Below are positions 9,670 through 18,769 of a stretch of 44,264 nt of DNA, piece after piece (the stretch's first letter is position 1; each line of letters opens with the position of its first letter). The DNA comes from an uncultured bacterium (GTDB taxonomy: Bacteria; Verrucomicrobiota; Verrucomicrobiia; Limisphaerales; JACDHS01): NCBI GenBank assembly GCA_966095605.1, contig CBHTTJ010000019.1, positions 1 to 44,264 on the forward strand, given 5' to 3'. The notes beneath the pieces were generated by a model that had not been told where the DNA came from, did not search any database, and worked only from the letters and a program-made list of their open reading frames with translations. Made by a program: the position numbers and the translations under genes.

Positions 9670-9965
9670 AAGAATCTCCGGGTCTTTCTGTTTCAGAAAA
9701 ACCTGGCGCAGAAAATCTGGAACTTTTTCCGGATCGGAAAAAGTCGGCGGAAAAAATCTGGAGGTTTTTCCGATCCAGAAAAAACCGGCGCGAAAAATCT
9801 CCGGCCATTTCTGAAACGAAAAAACCTCGCTCCAAACTGCGCCAGGTTTTTCCGGATCAGCCAAACCTGCCGCCGTTTAACTCCACCTCTTCCTGCTTCG
9901 GAAAAATCTCCAGATTTTTGGCGGCGGATTTTTCCGGATCGGAAATGGGTGGAGATTTTAAAAAA
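9670..9965. repeat. Degenerate tandem-repeat array (~40-42-bp period, ~6-7 units) with a palindromic core TTTTTCCG-GAT-CGGAAAAA and flanking GAAAAATCTGG motifs.
   Basis: Direct reading shows repeated aaaatctgg(a/g)... tttttccggatc(g/a)gaaaaa units. The perfect palindrome sits at 9724-9742. Confidence 0.7.
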
Positions 9966-10029
9966 GGGTGAATGCCTTTTAAATCCCCTGATTGCCAGAA
10001 ACGCGATTTCATCTCAGGATAAACCCGCT

Positions 10030-10395
10030 ATGACTCCCGACGGAGAGAAAGATTCGCCCGCGTTCGGACAAAACCCTTTTGCGAATTTAAGTGCGGCCGG
10101 CCTCCCACCCGGTCCCGCCGAGGTCGCCAAACCCGAACCGCCGAAGAAAAGTCGTGGTCGCGTCGATATCATCCGACAGAAAGCCGGACGCGGCGGCAAA
10201 ACGGTCACTGTCATTACAAATTTCGTCGGCATTGGTTTGCCGGAAAAAGAATCGCTCGCGAAAAAGATGCAGAAAGCCTGCGGCTGCGGTGGCACCGTCA
10301 AGGAAGGTCACATTGAAATCCAGGGTGATAAACGGGAACAATGCGCACAAATTTTGACCGAGGCGGGCTTTCGCCCTGTCTTCGCGGGGGGCTGA
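10030..10395 (+). CDS. yciH: Translation initiation factor SUI1/YciH family.
   Basis: SUI1 motifs GRGGKTVTVITNF and KKMQKACGCGGTVKEGHIEIQGD. The ORF is open from 9949, but ATG 10030 gives a typical ~120-aa protein. Confidence 0.7.
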   Translation: MTPDGEKDSPAFGQNPFANLSAAGLPPGPAEVAKPEPPKKSRGRVDIIRQKAGRGGKTVTVITNFVGIGLPEKESLAKKMQKACGCGGTVKEGHIEIQGDKREQCAQILTEAGFRPVFAGG

Positions 10396-10426
10396 TGAGG
10401 GAGCCGAAAGAATTTCCTTTTGCGAA

Positions 10427-11725
10427 GTGTTCTGCTTAATCTCCCGCCGTCGAATGATTCGTTTCAGTAAAACGGTGCGCCCATGGGTTGCAGCTTTTCT
10501 CTTACAGCTGCTTTTCGCCCTGCACCTTGGCGCGGTCGAAAAAGAAATTCTCCAGCCGATCCAAACCGATTATTCCGTCAGCGACCCGAAATTCCGGCAC
10601 TCCATGGATGGCCTCCTCGGCCCACCGCTCGTCAACGGCAACAGGGTCACGACACTGATCAACGGCGTCCAAATTTTTCCCGAAATGCTGAAGGCAATTC
10701 GCGGCGCGCAGAAGTCGATCACGTTTGAAACGTATATTTGGTCCAGGGGCAAAGTGAGCCAGGAATTTGCCGACGCCATTTGCGAACGCGCTCGCGCGGG
10801 AGTGAAATGTCATGTGATTGTCGACACACTCGGCAGCCTCAAGCTTCCCCGCAAAGTTGTGAACGAAATGCGCGACGCCGGGGTTCGTCTCGTCAAATAC
10901 GGCCATCCCCACTGGTGGAACATTCTCTTTTTCCTCAACCACCGCGATCATCGGAAAATTCTCGTCGTGGACGGCAAGATTGGTTTCGCCGGTGGCGTGG
11001 GCATTCACGACAGTTGGGACGGCAACGCCGAACGCCCCCCGTTGTGGCGCGATACCCATTATAAAATCGAAGGTCCTGCCGTAGGACAGCTCCAGGGTGT
11101 TTTCGTGGATAATTGGGTTCGCGAACGCAACCGCGTTTTACAAGGTGCCGATTACTTTCCAGTCCTTCAAACCAACGGCAATTCCGCCGTGCAATGTTTC
11201 AAGAGCGGTCCCCGCGATGGTGCGGAAAACGCCCGCATGAATTATCTCATGTCGATCGCCGCGGCCCGCAAATCGATCAAGCTCGAGCATGCGTATTTCG
11301 TTCCCGATAAACTTACTGCCAAAGCATTGCTCGACGCGCGCAAGCGGGGCGTCGACGTAAAAATCATCATTCCCGGACCGACCGATTCCGAATTTACCAA
11401 GGTGGCGGCGCATTCGCGTTGCAAGGAACTGATGAAGGCAGGCATTCAATTTTACGAATACGAAAAAGCGCAATTTCATTGCAAAGTAATGATCGTCGAT
11501 GACGTGTGGGTCAGCGCCGGCTCGGTGAACTTCGATCATCGTTCGTTCCGGATTAACGCCGAAAATAATTTCAACGTGTTGGACAAGGAATTCGCGGCGG
11601 AACAACTCCGCATTTTCGACGAGGACATCAGCAAGTCGCGCTTGTTGACAATGAAAGATATGCGCTGGGGAATCTTCGGAAAATTATACGCCTGCTTCGC
11701 CTCGCTCTTCAGCTCGCAGCTTTAG
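10427..11725 (+). CDS. Phospholipase D family protein / cardiolipin synthase (ClsB-like).
   Basis: Two HKD motifs, HRKILVVDGKIGFAGGVGIHDSW and HCKVMIVDDVWVSAGSVNFDHRS. The N-terminus looks like a signal or anchor. The start could instead be the downstream Met at ~10454. Confidence 0.8.
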   Translation: MFCLISRRRMIRFSKTVRPWVAAFLLQLLFALHLGAVEKEILQPIQTDYSVSDPKFRHSMDGLLGPPLVNGNRVTTLINGVQIFPEMLKAIRGAQKSITFETYIWSRGKVSQEFADAICERARAGVKCHVIVDTLGSLKLPRKVVNEMRDAGVRLVKYGHPHWWNILFFLNHRDHRKILVVDGKIGFAGGVGIHDSWDGNAERPPLWRDTHYKIEGPAVGQLQGVFVDNWVRERNRVLQGADYFPVLQTNGNSAVQCFKSGPRDGAENARMNYLMSIAAARKSIKLEHAYFVPDKLTAKALLDARKRGVDVKIIIPGPTDSEFTKVAAHSRCKELMKAGIQFYEYEKAQFHCKVMIVDDVWVSAGSVNFDHRSFRINAENNFNVLDKEFAAEQLRIFDEDISKSRLLTMKDMRWGIFGKLYACFASLFSSQL

Positions 11726-12011
11726 TCAGGGCTGAATCGATTCGGCTTAAACCATGGATAACCGGAGCCGACATAAATAAGAAATGCGGATTAGTTTCCA
11801 GAGGGTGAGCTTTTCAAAGGATATTTTGTTCCATCCGTGTGCATCTGTGTCCGTCAGTGGTTAAATCTTTTTCAAGTGAACGGACTCGTCTTTCGCAGAA
11901 CACAACGGCAATCACCGTTTCGTCACCTCAAGCCAAGTCTCAACCGTCCCTCAGCTCTTTCCCGCATTTTGAGATGTCATGGTGTGGGTTAGGTTTTCTT
12001 AGGAGGTAACT

Positions 12012-12356
12012 ATGAATCCAAACAAAATAGTGCTGCTGGGTGCTGTCACGGCAACGTTAGTGACCGGCTGTTATTCACGCCGGGTTGTTGTCCACGAACA
12101 TTCCGGTGCCGCACCTGTAGTGACACGCGAAGTTGTGGTCACCGAGGCGCCGCCACCGGCTCGCGTTGAGGTCGTAGGCGCCGCTCCTCGTTCGGGCAGC
12201 ACGTGGGTGCCTGGATATTGGCGTCGATCAGGTTCAAACTGGGTCTGGGAAAAAGGGCATTGGGAAGCAACGCCGACGGGCTTCAGCACCTACATTCCAG
12301 GGCACTGGGAACAACGCGGTGGAAGTTGGGTGTATTACCAGGGATATTGGCGATAA
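12012..12356 (+). CDS. Small lipoprotein with W-x-x-G-x-W (YXWGXW-type) repeats.
   Basis: Good SD aggagg. Lipobox LVTGC. Repeats WVPGYWRRSGSNWVWEKGHWE / YIPGHWEQRGGSWVYYQGYW. A terminator follows the gene. Confidence 0.65.
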   Translation: MNPNKIVLLGAVTATLVTGCYSRRVVVHEHSGAAPVVTREVVVTEAPPPARVEVVGAAPRSGSTWVPGYWRRSGSNWVWEKGHWEATPTGFSTYIPGHWEQRGGSWVYYQGYWR

Positions 12357-12377
12357 TTCGCCACTATTCTTACTAAA

Positions 12378-12410
12378 GTGACATCGTAACAACGGTGTCA
12401 CCTTTTTTTT
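12378..12410 (+). terminator. Rho-independent terminator.
   Basis: gtgacatcg-taacaa-cggtgtcac hairpin followed by a T8 run. Confidence 0.6.
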
Positions 12411-12489
12411 GACTTTATGGCGACTGCCCCATCCGTCCCCTTTCCTGTTTTTAGGACGGAGCCAGAGAGTCTGAAGCTTTCCAGGTATT

Positions 12490-12582
12490 ATTTTTGGAAC
12501 TATTTCAAAAGAGGAGGTTTTTTTCGGATAGTTCTGGAACTACCCTGAAAAAGGGAGCCAAATTTTAAATAGTTCCGGCGAA
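12490..12582. promoter_or_regulatory. Three phased (~39 bp apart) GGAACTA / TAGTTCC half-sites, including the perfect palindrome TAGTTCtgGAACTA, flanked by A/T tracts. This is a candidate operator array upstream of the nuo operon.
   Basis: tggaactat at ~12494. atagttctggaactac at 12528-12543. aatagttccgg at ~12569. The region lies 400-490 bp upstream of nuoA. Confidence 0.3.
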
Positions 12583-12980
12583 ACCAACTCCTTTGCAATG
12601 ATTTGCAGCACGTTGTGGCGTCCACTGGTTTTTAGCCGCTCAGAATCCCAATGACATCCCCTTGCGCCGTCGAGTTCTGTACGAATTACCGCCGGGATGT
12701 TGCAGATGCCCAGACCGTCTCGTCCGGACGGTTTCGTTTTGTCTCGGATGATTTTGAACCGAGGGCGAGGTTAAGACGGTGGAAGTTTTGGTTTGAATTG
12801 ACGGCACGGCGAGAACGCATTCATCCATTTCGGAGTCAACCTCGTATTTTCCCTGATCATTGCGAATTTGCTCGCAACTTGCTTTCGCATAACAAAAAAT
12901 ACGAAGCAATTCACAACGCCTGCGCAGATTCGAGACTGGGTCGCAGGCAAGTTCTTGGCAGTAAACGAACTTAACGAAGC

Positions 12981-13352
12981 ATGCAGTCTCATCCGTATCT
13001 ATTCTTAACGGTTTTGGCGGGAGCGGCACTGCTGTTCGCTCTTACGCCTCTGCTTCTTGCTCGTCTTTGGGCTAAATTCTTTTCCCCACGCAAACCAGGT
13101 CCCAGTAAAAGCGCCGTTTACGAATGCGGGCTGGAATCCAAGCCGACCGGTTGGGTGCAGTTTCGTTCCGACTATTATATCTACGCGATCGTGTTCCTGA
13201 TCTTCGACGTGGAGACGATCTTCCTGCTTCCGTTCGCGGTCGCGTTCAAGGAGCTGTCGATAGGCGGTTTTGTGGCGATCATGATTTTCCTGTTGTTGCT
13301 GGCCGAAGGTCTTGTCTGGGCCTGTATGAAAGGCGTGCTGAAATGGAAGTGA
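12981..13352 (+). CDS. nuoA: NADH-quinone oxidoreductase subunit A.
   Basis: YECG...FLIFDVE...LPFAV motifs. 123 aa with 3 TM helices. Confidence 0.9.
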   Translation: MQSHPYLFLTVLAGAALLFALTPLLLARLWAKFFSPRKPGPSKSAVYECGLESKPTGWVQFRSDYYIYAIVFLIFDVETIFLLPFAVAFKELSIGGFVAIMIFLLLLAEGLVWACMKGVLKWK

Positions 13353-13355
13353 CCC

Positions 13356-13973
13356 ATGATTGATGAAGGACTCAAAAGCGAAATGAGCAAGCACGGCGTC
13401 TTCACGACGACGGTGCAGGACCTTTACAACTGGGGACGGAAGAGTTCGATCTGGCCGCTGCAATTCGGCCTGGCCTGTTGCGCGATTGAAATGATCGCGG
13501 CGTCGATGGCGCGCTTTGATATTTCCCGGTTCGGTGCGGAGGTGTTTCGCCCGTCGCCGCGCCAGGCCGACTTGATGATTGTTGCCGGGACAGTGACAAA
13601 AAAAATGGCGCCGCAGGTGGTGCGTCTTTACAACCAGATGCCGGAGCCGAAATACGTTATCGCGATGGGCGCATGCGCCATCTCCGGTGGGCCGTTCAAG
13701 GAAGGTTACAACGTCCTGAAAGGGATTGATCGTTATATACCTGTCGACGTGCACATCCCTGGTTGCCCACCGAGACCCGAAGCGTTGCTGCATGCATTGA
13801 CCACGTTGCAGAAAAAAATCGAGGAAGATGCGCTGCGCGGCGAAAAACGCCCACGTCATCTCCAGGAAAATGCGCCAAGCGAATTTCCCGTGCCCGAATT
13901 GGGCGCCCACGACATTACGCCGGCTAAAAATGAAGAGCTTTGGAAACCAGCTCCCGTGATCCGATCCGAATGA
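13356..13973 (+). CDS. nuoB: NADH-quinone oxidoreductase subunit B.
   Basis: Conserved CCAIEM...[10 protein letters not shown]...GCPPRP Fe-S (N2) ligand motifs. Confidence 0.9.
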   Translation: MIDEGLKSEMSKHGVFTTTVQDLYNWGRKSSIWPLQFGLACCAIEMIAASMARFDISRFGAEVFRPSPRQADLMIVAGTVTKKMAPQVVRLYNQMPEPKYVIAMGACAISGGPFKEGYNVLKGIDRYIPVDVHIPGCPPRPEALLHALTTLQKKIEEDALRGEKRPRHLQENAPSEFPVPELGAHDITPAKNEELWKPAPVIRSE

Positions 13974-14629
13974 TGCCGCCACTCGAACAACTCAAAGCAC
14001 TCGTCGAACAACGCTTCCCCAAAGCGCAGGTGCAGATTGTTCCGAACGGCATTCCCGCGAACGAATCCTCTTTGCTGATTGATCACGAACATGCGGTGGC
14101 CATGGCGACGTTCCTCCGCGATGACCCGGAATTGCGGTTCGACTACGCATCCAACGTGACGGGTGTCGACTGGCCGGAGAAAATTACTAAGGAAAAAGTT
14201 AAATCCAAAAAGGTTATCGAAGGGGTGGAAAAAGAAGTGGAAGAAACCGTCGAGAAGAAAAGCCCGGCTTACCTGGAAGCAGTTTATCATTTGTATTCGA
14301 TGGCGTTGCGACATGGGCCGTTGGTGTTGCGGTTGCGCACCCAGGATCGTTCGGAGAAGACGCATGTTCCTTCCCTCACTCCCGTGTGGCGCAGTTGCGA
14401 ATTCCAGGAACGAGAGGCATATGATCTTTACGGAATTATTTTCGACGGCCATCCCGATCTGCGTCGCATCTTGATGTGGGAAGGCTTCAAAGATTTTCCG
14501 ATGCGGAAAGATTACGTGGCGCCCGACGATTACGAATACGAACCGACGCCGCACGACGAAGTTTTGGAACGGGCAAAGTGTCATTACCCAGCGCCGCCCG
14601 AAGCCCCAACGCCGGAGGTGAAACCGTGA
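13970..14629 (+). CDS. nuoC: NADH-quinone oxidoreductase subunit C (30-kDa subunit) with a Lys/Glu-rich insertion.
   Basis: 30-kDa subunit similarity. The ATGA overlap with the nuoB stop indicates coupling. The ORF is open from 13940, but ATG 13970 is preferred. Confidence 0.8.
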   Translation: MMPPLEQLKALVEQRFPKAQVQIVPNGIPANESSLLIDHEHAVAMATFLRDDPELRFDYASNVTGVDWPEKITKEKVKSKKVIEGVEKEVEETVEKKSPAYLEAVYHLYSMALRHGPLVLRLRTQDRSEKTHVPSLTPVWRSCEFQEREAYDLYGIIFDGHPDLRRILMWEGFKDFPMRKDYVAPDDYEYEPTPHDEVLERAKCHYPAPPEAPTPEVKP

Positions 14630-15831
14630 TCCCCCGCTCTGATTCCCTCCAGGCCAATGGCGTTGCCGCGACTGGTGATTTTCAACAACCCCAAAAGAAT
14701 TACTCCGTCACGAAACGAAATGGAGAACTCTCCAGCGATCTATTGGAAGTGGCGATGGGACCGCACCATCCCTCGACGCACGGTGTGTTTCGCATGGACG
14801 TGGTGCTTGACGGAGAAAAAATTGTAAAACTCAAGCCGGTGTTCGGCTACCTGCACCGCAATCACGAAAAGATTGCCGAAGGGACGAGTTACCTGGCGTC
14901 GATTCCTTACACGGACCGACTCGATTACCTCTGTTCGATGACGAACAACTGGGCATATGCGTTGAGCATCGAAAAGCTCGCCGGATTCCAGGTGCCGGAA
15001 CGCGCGGAATATATTCGCGTGATCATGGCGGAGCTCACGCGCCTGGTGAATCACTCCTGCCTCGCCGGTTTCTTGATGCAGGACATGGGCGCGATGGGGA
15101 CGCCCTTGATGTATGCCTTTCGCGAACGCGAAAAGATTCTCGACCTGTTCGAAGCGGCCAGTGGCGCGCGGATGATGTGCAATTTCCTGCGCTTCGGCGG
15201 ACTGCGCTGTGATCTGCCACGCGGATGGGTGGAAGAAGCGCGCAAGGTCGTGGATGGATTTCCGAAATTCCTGGATGAGTTCGAAGCGTTGCTGAATGAC
15301 AACGAGATCATTATTTCCCGCTCACAAGGCGTCGGCGTTTTACCGAAAGAATTAGCAGTCAACGCGGGGATTACCGGCCCCATGCTGCGCGCGTGTGGGG
15401 TGAATTACGACATTCGCAAGGTGGATAAATACGGCATCTACGATCGTTTCGAGTTCCGCGTGCCGCTCGGCGAGCACGGCGATGTTTACGATCGCTACAT
15501 GGTGCGCGTGTTGGAAATGCGCGAGTCACTGAAGATTTTGCAGAAAGCTCTCCGTGATATTCACGAAGGCCCGATCGTTGACGCGAAAGCGAAGTCCCGC
15601 GGGTTGCGTCCGAAGGCGGGCGAAGCCTATGGGCGCATCGAAGGCCCGAAAGGAGAACTTGGTTTTTACCTGATCAGCGATGGCAGCGGGAATCCGTACC
15701 GTTACCGCGTGCGTCCGCCGAGTCTGATTAATTTAACCGTGCTCGAGGACATGTGCCTCGGCCAAACCGTCGCCGACGCCGTGATTATTCTCGGCAGCGT
15801 CGACATCGTGCTCGGGGAGGTGGACAGATGA
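14626..15831 (+). CDS. nuoD: NADH-quinone oxidoreductase subunit D (49-kDa subunit).
   Basis: MGPHHPSTHGVFRM...LDGE motif. A GTG start at 14626 overlaps the nuoC stop (GTGA), with ggagg upstream. The ORF frame is open from 14476. Confidence 0.85.
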   Translation: MIPRSDSLQANGVAATGDFQQPQKNYSVTKRNGELSSDLLEVAMGPHHPSTHGVFRMDVVLDGEKIVKLKPVFGYLHRNHEKIAEGTSYLASIPYTDRLDYLCSMTNNWAYALSIEKLAGFQVPERAEYIRVIMAELTRLVNHSCLAGFLMQDMGAMGTPLMYAFREREKILDLFEAASGARMMCNFLRFGGLRCDLPRGWVEEARKVVDGFPKFLDEFEALLNDNEIIISRSQGVGVLPKELAVNAGITGPMLRACGVNYDIRKVDKYGIYDRFEFRVPLGEHGDVYDRYMVRVLEMRESLKILQKALRDIHEGPIVDAKAKSRGLRPKAGEAYGRIEGPKGELGFYLISDGSGNPYRYRVRPPSLINLTVLEDMCLGQTVADAVIILGSVDIVLGEVDR

Positions 15832-15896
15832 GTTCCATGTTTAAAGTTCGAGGTTCCAATTTTTTGCCCTTTAGCTGCGTGGACGTCTGTCGTGAG

Positions 15897-15927
15897 ACCT
15901 TGAACTTTGAACCTGAAACTTTGAACT
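15897..15927. repeat. Four tandem degenerate heptamers (TTGAACT TTGAACC TGAAACT TTGAACT) directly upstream of the nuoI start.
   Basis: Read directly from the sequence, in the 100-bp nuoD-nuoI spacer. Confidence 0.5.
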
Positions 15928-15932
15928 AACCC

Positions 15933-16658
15933 ATGCTCGGCTCCGGCATCATCAAAGGATTGGTCGAAACGGCGCGCAACTTCGTCGGCAGTTACCAAAG
16001 CCGCGAGCGCCTGACGACCGTGCAATATCCCGAGGAGCGCCTCGCGCCAAAGGAGAACGCGCGCAATTTTCCATTCCTTGTTTTCGATGGCGATGATTCG
16101 CAGAAAGGTTTGCGCTGCGTCGCCTGCCAGATTTGCGAGAAGGAATGTCCTCCGAAGTGTATTTACATCAATAAGAGCAAGGACAAGAAACCGGATTACA
16201 TCGGCAAACCGCAGTTTTATCCCGCGACATTCGATATCGATATCTCCGTCTGCATGAGTTGCCAGATCTGCGTGGAAGTTTGTCCCTTCGACGCGATCAA
16301 GATGGATAAAGTTTTCGAACTCAGCACCACCGATCGGTTCGATCAATTGCTGTTGCATAAAACAGATCTGGCCAAGCCAAATAAATACTTCCACGAGATT
16401 CATCCGACCGAAGCCGACGAAGTCGATAGTCGTCTCGCCCAGGAAAAAGCCAAAGCCGAAGCGAAAGCGAAGGCCGACGCGGAAGCAAAAGCCAAAGCGG
16501 CCGCAGCTGCAACGGCGGCGAGCGCAGCTCCAAAACCAGCCGTTCCCGTGAACGGCAACGGTGCAAATGGAACCGGTGCCGCCACGAACGTCACGACAAC
16601 ACCGCCACCACGGGCCGTTCAACCCGCGCCTTCAACCCCACTCACAAAAAGCGAATGA
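15933..16658 (+). CDS. nuoI: NADH-quinone oxidoreductase subunit I (2x[4Fe-4S] ferredoxin-like) with a ~70-aa Ala/Lys/Pro-rich C-terminal extension.
   Basis: Two CxxCxxCxxxCP motifs (CVACQICEKECPP, CMSCQICVEVCPF). The low-complexity tail reads AKAEAKAKADAEAKAKAAAAATAASAAPKPAVP... Confidence 0.85.
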   Translation: MLGSGIIKGLVETARNFVGSYQSRERLTTVQYPEERLAPKENARNFPFLVFDGDDSQKGLRCVACQICEKECPPKCIYINKSKDKKPDYIGKPQFYPATFDIDISVCMSCQICVEVCPFDAIKMDKVFELSTTDRFDQLLLHKTDLAKPNKYFHEIHPTEADEVDSRLAQEKAKAEAKAKADAEAKAKAAAAATAASAAPKPAVPVNGNGANGTGAATNVTTTPPPRAVQPAPSTPLTKSE

Positions 16659-17851
16659 ACGGATCTTTCGACCAACTCTTTGTTTCGCTGAAACAGTGGA
16701 TCGTTTCGTTGTTCCCCTTGTTTGCACGGCCGGTCGTCGGAATTCTTATTAGCATCGCCGCAATCATCGCGGTTTTCGCCTCTTTGTTCGCGATCACGAC
16801 GATCATGGAGCGGAAGATTCTCGGTCGTATTCAGAACCGCCTGGGCCCGAATCGCGTCGGACCTTTTGGTTTACTCCAACCGGCGGCGGACGGAATAAAG
16901 ATGCTGACGAAAGAAGATATCGTTCCTTTCGCGGCAGACAAGATTGTGCATTTCCTTGCACCGGTGGTGTTGATCATTCCCGTGGCATTGGCGTTGGCCG
17001 TCATTCCTTGCGGTCGCAACATGGCCGCCGTGGATCTGGATTGCGGAATTCTCTTTTTCTTTGCGGTTGGTTCAGCGACGGAGCTCTCGGTCTTCATGGC
17101 CGGTTGGTCGAGCCAGAACAAATATTCCCTGGTCGGTGCGATGCGCGCGATCGCCCAGATGATCAGTTACGAACTACCGCTGGTGTTATCGACTGTTTCA
17201 GTCCTGATGATTGTCGGCACACTTTCCCTTCCACAGATCGTCGAGGCACAGAGCGGTTACATTTATCAATTCATCCCGCGCTGGCACGTGTTCACGCCGT
17301 GGGGATTGGCCGGTTTCATCCTTTTTATGATTGCGGCGACAGCGGAGTCGAACCGTTCGCCCTTCGATCTGCCCGAAGCGGAATCGGAAATTATCGCCGG
17401 TTACCTCACGGAATACTCAGGATTTAAATACGCCCTCTTCTTCATGGCGGAATACTGGGGCCTGTTCGCCGTGAGTGGGATGGCGGTAACGTTGTTCCTC
17501 GGCGGTTGGAATGCACCGCTGCCCATTCTCGATTGGGTGCCTTCGTGGATCTGGTTCTTTGCCAAATTGAGCGCTCTGATTTTTGGATTCATCTGGATCC
17601 GCGGAACGCTGCCGCGCTTGCGACTCGATCAACTGATGGGCTTCGCCTGGAAATTTCTCCTGCCGCTCGCGCTCATTAATATTTTCGTCGCGGCGATCTG
17701 GCATTTTACGCGCACGCTGCAGTTCGCCGGCGCTTTGGAGATTCGCTGGCTGATGTGCGCGATCGTGATTGGAATTCCTTACGTCCTGTTGGGTCGTGGT
17801 CTCGGTGAACAGAAACCAGCCGAACGTCACTATCATTTCGCAAACAATTGA
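16655..17851 (+). CDS. nuoH: NADH-quinone oxidoreductase subunit H.
   Basis: GPNRVGPFGLLQP..DGIKML.KED and PFDL.E.ESE...GY..EYSG motifs. The ATGA overlap with the nuoI stop indicates coupling. Confidence 0.9.
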   Translation: MNGSFDQLFVSLKQWIVSLFPLFARPVVGILISIAAIIAVFASLFAITTIMERKILGRIQNRLGPNRVGPFGLLQPAADGIKMLTKEDIVPFAADKIVHFLAPVVLIIPVALALAVIPCGRNMAAVDLDCGILFFFAVGSATELSVFMAGWSSQNKYSLVGAMRAIAQMISYELPLVLSTVSVLMIVGTLSLPQIVEAQSGYIYQFIPRWHVFTPWGLAGFILFMIAATAESNRSPFDLPEAESEIIAGYLTEYSGFKYALFFMAEYWGLFAVSGMAVTLFLGGWNAPLPILDWVPSWIWFFAKLSALIFGFIWIRGTLPRLRLDQLMGFAWKFLLPLALINIFVAAIWHFTRTLQFAGALEIRWLMCAIVIGIPYVLLGRGLGEQKPAERHYHFANN

Positions 17852-17860
17852 TGCCCTGAA

Positions 17861-18460
17861 ATGGATTTAACGTTTGTCATTATTGCCGTCCTGACACTCG
17901 CAAGCGCCATTGCCGCCATGAGTCTGCGCAACCTGGTGCACTGCGCGTTGTGCATGGTCGTGACCTTCGCCGGGATTGCGTTGACCTATTTAAAGTTGAA
18001 CGCGGAATTTGTCGGGTTCGCGCAGTTGCTCGTTTATGTAGGAGCCGTGGCAATCCTGATTGTTTTCGCCATTCTTCTCACCCGCGGCGACGACGCTAAG
18101 CAGGAAGTGCGCTTCGTTTCCAGTTCGACAGTGGTGGGTTTCAGCGTCGTAGCGCTGGTTGGCATTTCTCTTCTCTCCGCGATTCAACATACAAAAATTT
18201 TACCCAATCCGTCCGCCGTTGAGCCGCAGGCACCGGTTAAACAAATTGGTGAACAGTTAATGACAAATTACGTGTTGCCGCTGGAGGTGATTGGACTGCT
18301 ATTAACTGCTGCAATGATTGGTGCGGTCATTATTTCGATGCGGGACAAAGAAACTCTCGAAGGAAGCGCTCTGGAAATTCCCGAGAAGCGCACTCACCGA
18401 CTGGCGGAATTGGAATCGCACGGTTCGCGCCAGACTACGCTCGTCGTCCCGAAACAATGA
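17861..18460 (+). CDS. nuoJ: NADH-quinone oxidoreductase subunit J.
   Basis: Hydrophobic 199-aa protein with a NuoJ-like N-terminus, in the expected position of the nuo order. Confidence 0.85.
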   Translation: MDLTFVIIAVLTLASAIAAMSLRNLVHCALCMVVTFAGIALTYLKLNAEFVGFAQLLVYVGAVAILIVFAILLTRGDDAKQEVRFVSSSTVVGFSVVALVGISLLSAIQHTKILPNPSAVEPQAPVKQIGEQLMTNYVLPLEVIGLLLTAAMIGAVIISMRDKETLEGSALEIPEKRTHRLAELESHGSRQTTLVVPKQ

Positions 18461-18768
18461 ATCCATTGTATCAATACTTAATTTTCTCCGCACTGCTGTT
18501 CTGCATCGGCCTCGCCGGGGCTCTGCTGCGACGCAACGCCATTTTGGTCTTGATCGGGATCGAATTAATGCTGAACGCGGCGAACCTGAATTTCATCGCG
18601 TTCTGGCGTTACGGCCCCAATCCGCAGGCGTTGGGCGGAATTATGTTTGTGATTTTCTCGATCGCGATTGCGGCTGCGGAAGCTGCGGTCGGTCTCGCGT
18701 TGATCATTGCAATTTATCGCCATTACAAAACGGCGAACGTGCAGAAAATCGATCGCCTCAAAGGCTGA
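18457..18768 (+). CDS. nuoK: NADH-quinone oxidoreductase subunit K.
   Basis: 103 aa with 3 TM helices. LIGIELMLNAANLNF motif. Confidence 0.9.
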   Translation: MNPLYQYLIFSALLFCIGLAGALLRRNAILVLIGIELMLNAANLNFIAFWRYGPNPQALGGIMFVIFSIAIAAAEAAVGLALIIAIYRHYKTANVQKIDRLKG

Positions 18769-18769
18769 C

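Noticed and set aside
9670-9965. Possible CRISPR array.
   Set aside because: The repeats are degenerate and the spacers are not unique sequences. The period (~42 bp) is too short, and there are no cas genes or leader-like organisation in the window.
12640-13029. ORFs in the nuo upstream region (129 aa minus, 107 aa plus).
   Set aside because: They overlap each other and the nuoA start, have no SD and have unconvincing composition. The region is better explained as promoter/operator DNA.
13005-13982. 325-aa minus-strand ORF.
   Set aside because: It is antisense to nuoA and nuoB, which have unmistakable conserved motifs. It is His/Arg-rich shadow translation.
15702-16622. 306-aa minus-strand ORF.
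   Set aside because: It is antisense to nuoI and the nuoD end. It is a low-complexity Arg/Gly/Cys shadow.
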